Of a stretch of DNA of 64,000 bases, positions 61,630 to 64,000 are shown piece by piece. Position 1 is the first letter of the stretch. Each line of letters starts with the position of its first letter. The stretch is taken from positions 372,001-436,000 of the forward strand of contig NW_027117351.1 in NCBI RefSeq assembly GCF_038025025.1, given 5' to 3'. A program made the position numbers and the translations under genes. The stretch is from Phyllosticta citribraziliensis. Lineage: Eukaryota. The notes under the pieces were generated by a model that searched no databases, was not told the origin of the DNA, and saw only the letters and a list, made by a program, of their open reading frames with translations.

Positions 61630-62904
61630 ATGGCGAACGACTCGTCCCCCAAAGCCACGGCAAACGTTTCGACGACTACGATTCCTGCCGCCGGTATGGA
61701 TGCCAATGGGAACGATATTTCGCCGCACCAAGCAGCCGACGCGTCGAACGGCAAAGGCGGCGCCACGACCACAACCACTCCCACGAGCGGCGCGGCCGCG
61801 ACGTCGTCGATGTCGTCTGCCGGCGACGGCAGCGGCGAGGACAAGAGCAAACTCCGCGCGTGGCTCCAATCGCGCACCGAATTCATCCGCACGCGCTTCT
61901 TCTGGTACGCGCTGGTTCTCGGCCAGGTGCTCGCGCTGTGCATCACGTCGACCAACACGTTCTCGTCGCTGCTCAGCGAGCAGGGCACGTCGATCCCGGC
62001 CTTCCAGACGCTGTTCAACTACGTGCTGCTGTTCGCCGTGTACACGCCGTACACCATCTACCGGCTGGGGTGGCGCGAATGGGCCCGCGGCGTCATCCTC
62101 AAGGACGGGTGGCGGTACATCTTGCTCAGTTTCTTGGACGTCGAGGGCAACTACTTCACCGTGCTGGGCTACCGCTACGCGACCATCCTGTCGCTGCAGC
62201 TCATCAACTTCTGCGCCATCCTGTCCGTCGTCGTGCTGTCGACGCTGCTGCTGCGCGTGCGCTACCACGTCGCGCAGTACGCCGGCATCGTCATCTGCAT
62301 CGGCGGCATGGGCCTGCTGCTGGCATCCGACCACATCACGGGGAGCAGCAGCGGCGCCGCCAGCAACCAGCTCAAGGGCGACCTGTTCGCGCTGCTGGGC
62401 GCCCTCATCTACGGCGCCACCAACGTCTACGAGGAGTGGTTCGTGTCCAAGCGGCCCGTCTACGCCGTGCTGTCGTCCATGGGCCTGTGGGGCACCCTCA
62501 TCAACGGCACGCAGGCCGCCATCTTCGACCGCGCCTCCTTCTCCACCGCGACCTGGAACGCCCCCGTCGCCGGCTACCTGACCGGCTACACGCTCGTCCT
62601 CTTCCTCTTCTACAGCCTGGCCCCCCTCGTCTTCCGCATCGCCAGCGCCGCCTTCATGAACATCAGCCTGCTGACCGGCAACTTCTGGGGCGTCGTCATC
62701 GGCATCCGCGTCTTCCACTACTCCATCCATTGGATGTATCCCATTGCCTTTGTGCTGATTCTGTTCGGCCTCTTTGTCTATTTCTTGAGCGAGAGCGTCT
62801 TTGGCGAGGCCAAGAAGCCGTGGTTGGGCGAGCGCCAGGAGGAGGGCGTTGATGGCGTTGGCACGGCCAAGCGGATGGTCCAGCATCCCGAGGCGCTGGT
62901 TTGA
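61630..62904 (+). CDS. SLC35F1/F2-family (DUF914) DMT-superfamily transporter, intronless
   Basis: LGQVLALCITST, IPAFQT.FNY, DVEGNYF.V.GY.Y, GD...L.GA..YG..NV.EE, SAAFMNISLLT; about 10 hydrophobic segments. Confidence 0.9.
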   Translation: MANDSSPKATANVSTTTIPAAGMDANGNDISPHQAADASNGKGGATTTTTPTSGAAATSSMSSAGDGSGEDKSKLRAWLQSRTEFIRTRFFWYALVLGQVLALCITSTNTFSSLLSEQGTSIPAFQTLFNYVLLFAVYTPYTIYRLGWREWARGVILKDGWRYILLSFLDVEGNYFTVLGYRYATILSLQLINFCAILSVVVLSTLLLRVRYHVAQYAGIVICIGGMGLLLASDHITGSSSGAASNQLKGDLFALLGALIYGATNVYEEWFVSKRPVYAVLSSMGLWGTLINGTQAAIFDRASFSTATWNAPVAGYLTGYTLVLFLFYSLAPLVFRIASAAFMNISLLTGNFWGVVIGIRVFHYSIHWMYPIAFVLILFGLFVYFLSESVFGEAKKPWLGERQEEGVDGVGTAKRMVQHPEALV

Positions 62905-63194
62905 GGGGGGGGGGAAGGAGTTTGGAGAGGGCGTCCGACTGCTTGGTCCTTATACCCGTAGACGGAACGCTTGTATTGCTAGACAACGTCACAGCTTGAC
63001 TATGCACAGTGCCCCGAAACTCGCGTGGATCAGATTGCGTGAGTGTGGATTACATGAGTTGATTCAGCAGATCACGGCAAGAGTTATGGCATGGAAAGAT
63101 GGAGAATGAGCCCCTTCTTGATACAATCAGTCGACCCGATATCGAGACGCCCTATCCCAATCCCAACCACTCCCACCCACCCAGCCACCGAGGC

Positions 63195-63367
63195 CACAGT
63201 GGGAATCGGGAAAATCCCGGATCTGGCTGTAGCAATGAACGACTGCTTCTTAAGCGTGGCCACAGCGGTGTATGAATGCTCCCTAAATATAGCTATAGCA
63301 GTGCATGAATGCTCCCTAGACGCACTCATACTACTGCCAGGCCTCATTTCTTCCGACTCCCACTGTG
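63195..63367 (+). mobile_element. MITE family copy G, intact: CACAGTG..CACTGTG ends, 4-bp TSD AGGC
   Basis: Left arm CACAGTGGGAATCGGGAAAAT, right arm ATTTCTTCCGACTCCCACTGTG. AGGC at 63191-63194 and 63368-63371. Cores at 63241, 63274 and 63307. Confidence 0.85.
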
Positions 63368-63379
63368 AGGCCGTCACCG

Positions 63380-64000
63380 TCACAGTTTACTCTCCCTCGG
63401 TCTCCCCTCCTCCACACCACTCATAACACGCGCAGGACCCAACGCCCCACTCATCTCAAACCGCTCAGCCTTTGCCTCGTCGTCACCATCGCCAAAGAGC
63501 ACCCTCTCGCGCCCGCCCCGCGTCGACCACCACGCCACAGCCACAAGACTGCGCTCGGGGTCCATCTCGCCGCCCACCAGCACCTCCCAGAAGCGGCGGC
63601 GCACGACGTCGCGCAGCGGCTCGTCCGCGATGGCGTTGACGAGGTCGGCGCAGAGCGGGAGCCACTCCTCGAGCAGCGGGACTGGCAGCAGAGGGAGGGC
63701 GTCGAGCAGCGTGAGCGCGAGGACTGCCTGCTCTGACAGTGCGGCCTCACCCGGCGCCAGCGTCTCGGCGCCCGGTGGTGGCGGCGAGGGCGTGACGGCC
63801 GTGGGCAGCGGGGTTGCGGGCGCCGACAGCGCGCGATGGTGGACCAGTTCGCAAAGGGTGGCGGGGAGGTCGGGCTGCGACGACGACAGCGGCGAGGGCG
63901 GCGTCGTCACTTGCATCAGCGTCTTGAAGGCGAGCCGGAACTGTCGCGGCGACAGGTTCGCAGGGAAGGCGGCAAACAGGCTTGACACGTAAAAGGGGAG
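63380..64000 (-). CDS. PEX8: Peroxin Pex8, C-terminal part (gene enters from the right edge)
   Basis: FAAFP.NLS.RQFRLAFKTL, LSEQAVL.L.L.DALP, RFWEVL..GEMD.ER....V.WW.TRGGRE and terminal SKL. Confidence 0.85.
   Translation of the reverse strand, partial: LPFYVSSLFAAFPANLSPRQFRLAFKTLMQVTTPPSPLSSSQPDLPATLCELVHHRALSAPATPLPTAVTPSPPPPGAETLAPGEAALSEQAVLALTLLDALPLLPVPLLEEWLPLCADLVNAIADEPLRDVVRRRFWEVLVGGEMDPERSLVAVAWWSTRGGRERVLFGDGDDEAKAERFEMSGALGPARVMSGVEEGRPRESKL

Noticed and set aside
61273..62886. 537-aa antisense ORF, and similar shadows at 38444-39250, 50300-51199, 54178-55212 and 28941-29840
   Set aside because: They lie opposite well-supported genes with strong GC3 bias, which suppresses antisense stop codons, and they show no recognisable motifs.
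63091..63426. 111-aa ORF with 11-aa repeats (V.ECSL), and related ORFs at 11880-12128 and 48331-48546
   Set aside because: These are read-throughs of the MITE. The frame is broken in other copies and conservation is at the nucleotide level.
1..64000. tRNA/rRNA genes, TPP riboswitch, TGA-CTA readthrough to a cryptic PTS1, autonomous transposase
   Set aside because: I saw no matching consensus by eye. tRNAscan-SE and Infernal would be needed to exclude small RNAs formally.

Overview
Eukaryotic genomic DNA from a filamentous ascomycete (inferred Pezizomycotina, possibly a Dothideomycete): GC-rich, gene-dense, with short GT-AG introns carrying CTAAC/CTGAC branch sites and many microsatellites. 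I can support about 24 protein-coding genes. Most are housekeeping: partial phosphoglucomutase, Pmp3-like proteolipid, DRS2 flippase, mL46, D-amino-acid oxidase, MET2, Nudix hydrolase, TAH18/NDOR1, a two-RRM protein, VPS17, MEF2, glutaminase GtaA, NSRP1-like, NFKBIL1-like, a P450, a GT69, PSY2, an SLC35F transporter and partial PEX8. Several orphan genes are also present. I saw no tRNA, rRNA, CRISPR array, transposase or biosynthetic gene cluster. The main hidden structure is a family of ~175-195 bp non-autonomous inverted-repeat elements (MITEs) with CAC(A/G)GTG...CAC(T/C)GTG ends and an internal 33-bp-periodic GAAnGCTCCC motif. Two copies have perfect 4-bp target-site duplications, a Chapaev-like signature. 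About 5 near-full copies and 4-5 remnants lie in promoters and UTRs. Gene identities come from recalled motifs and were not checked against any database; exon boundaries were inferred by eye.
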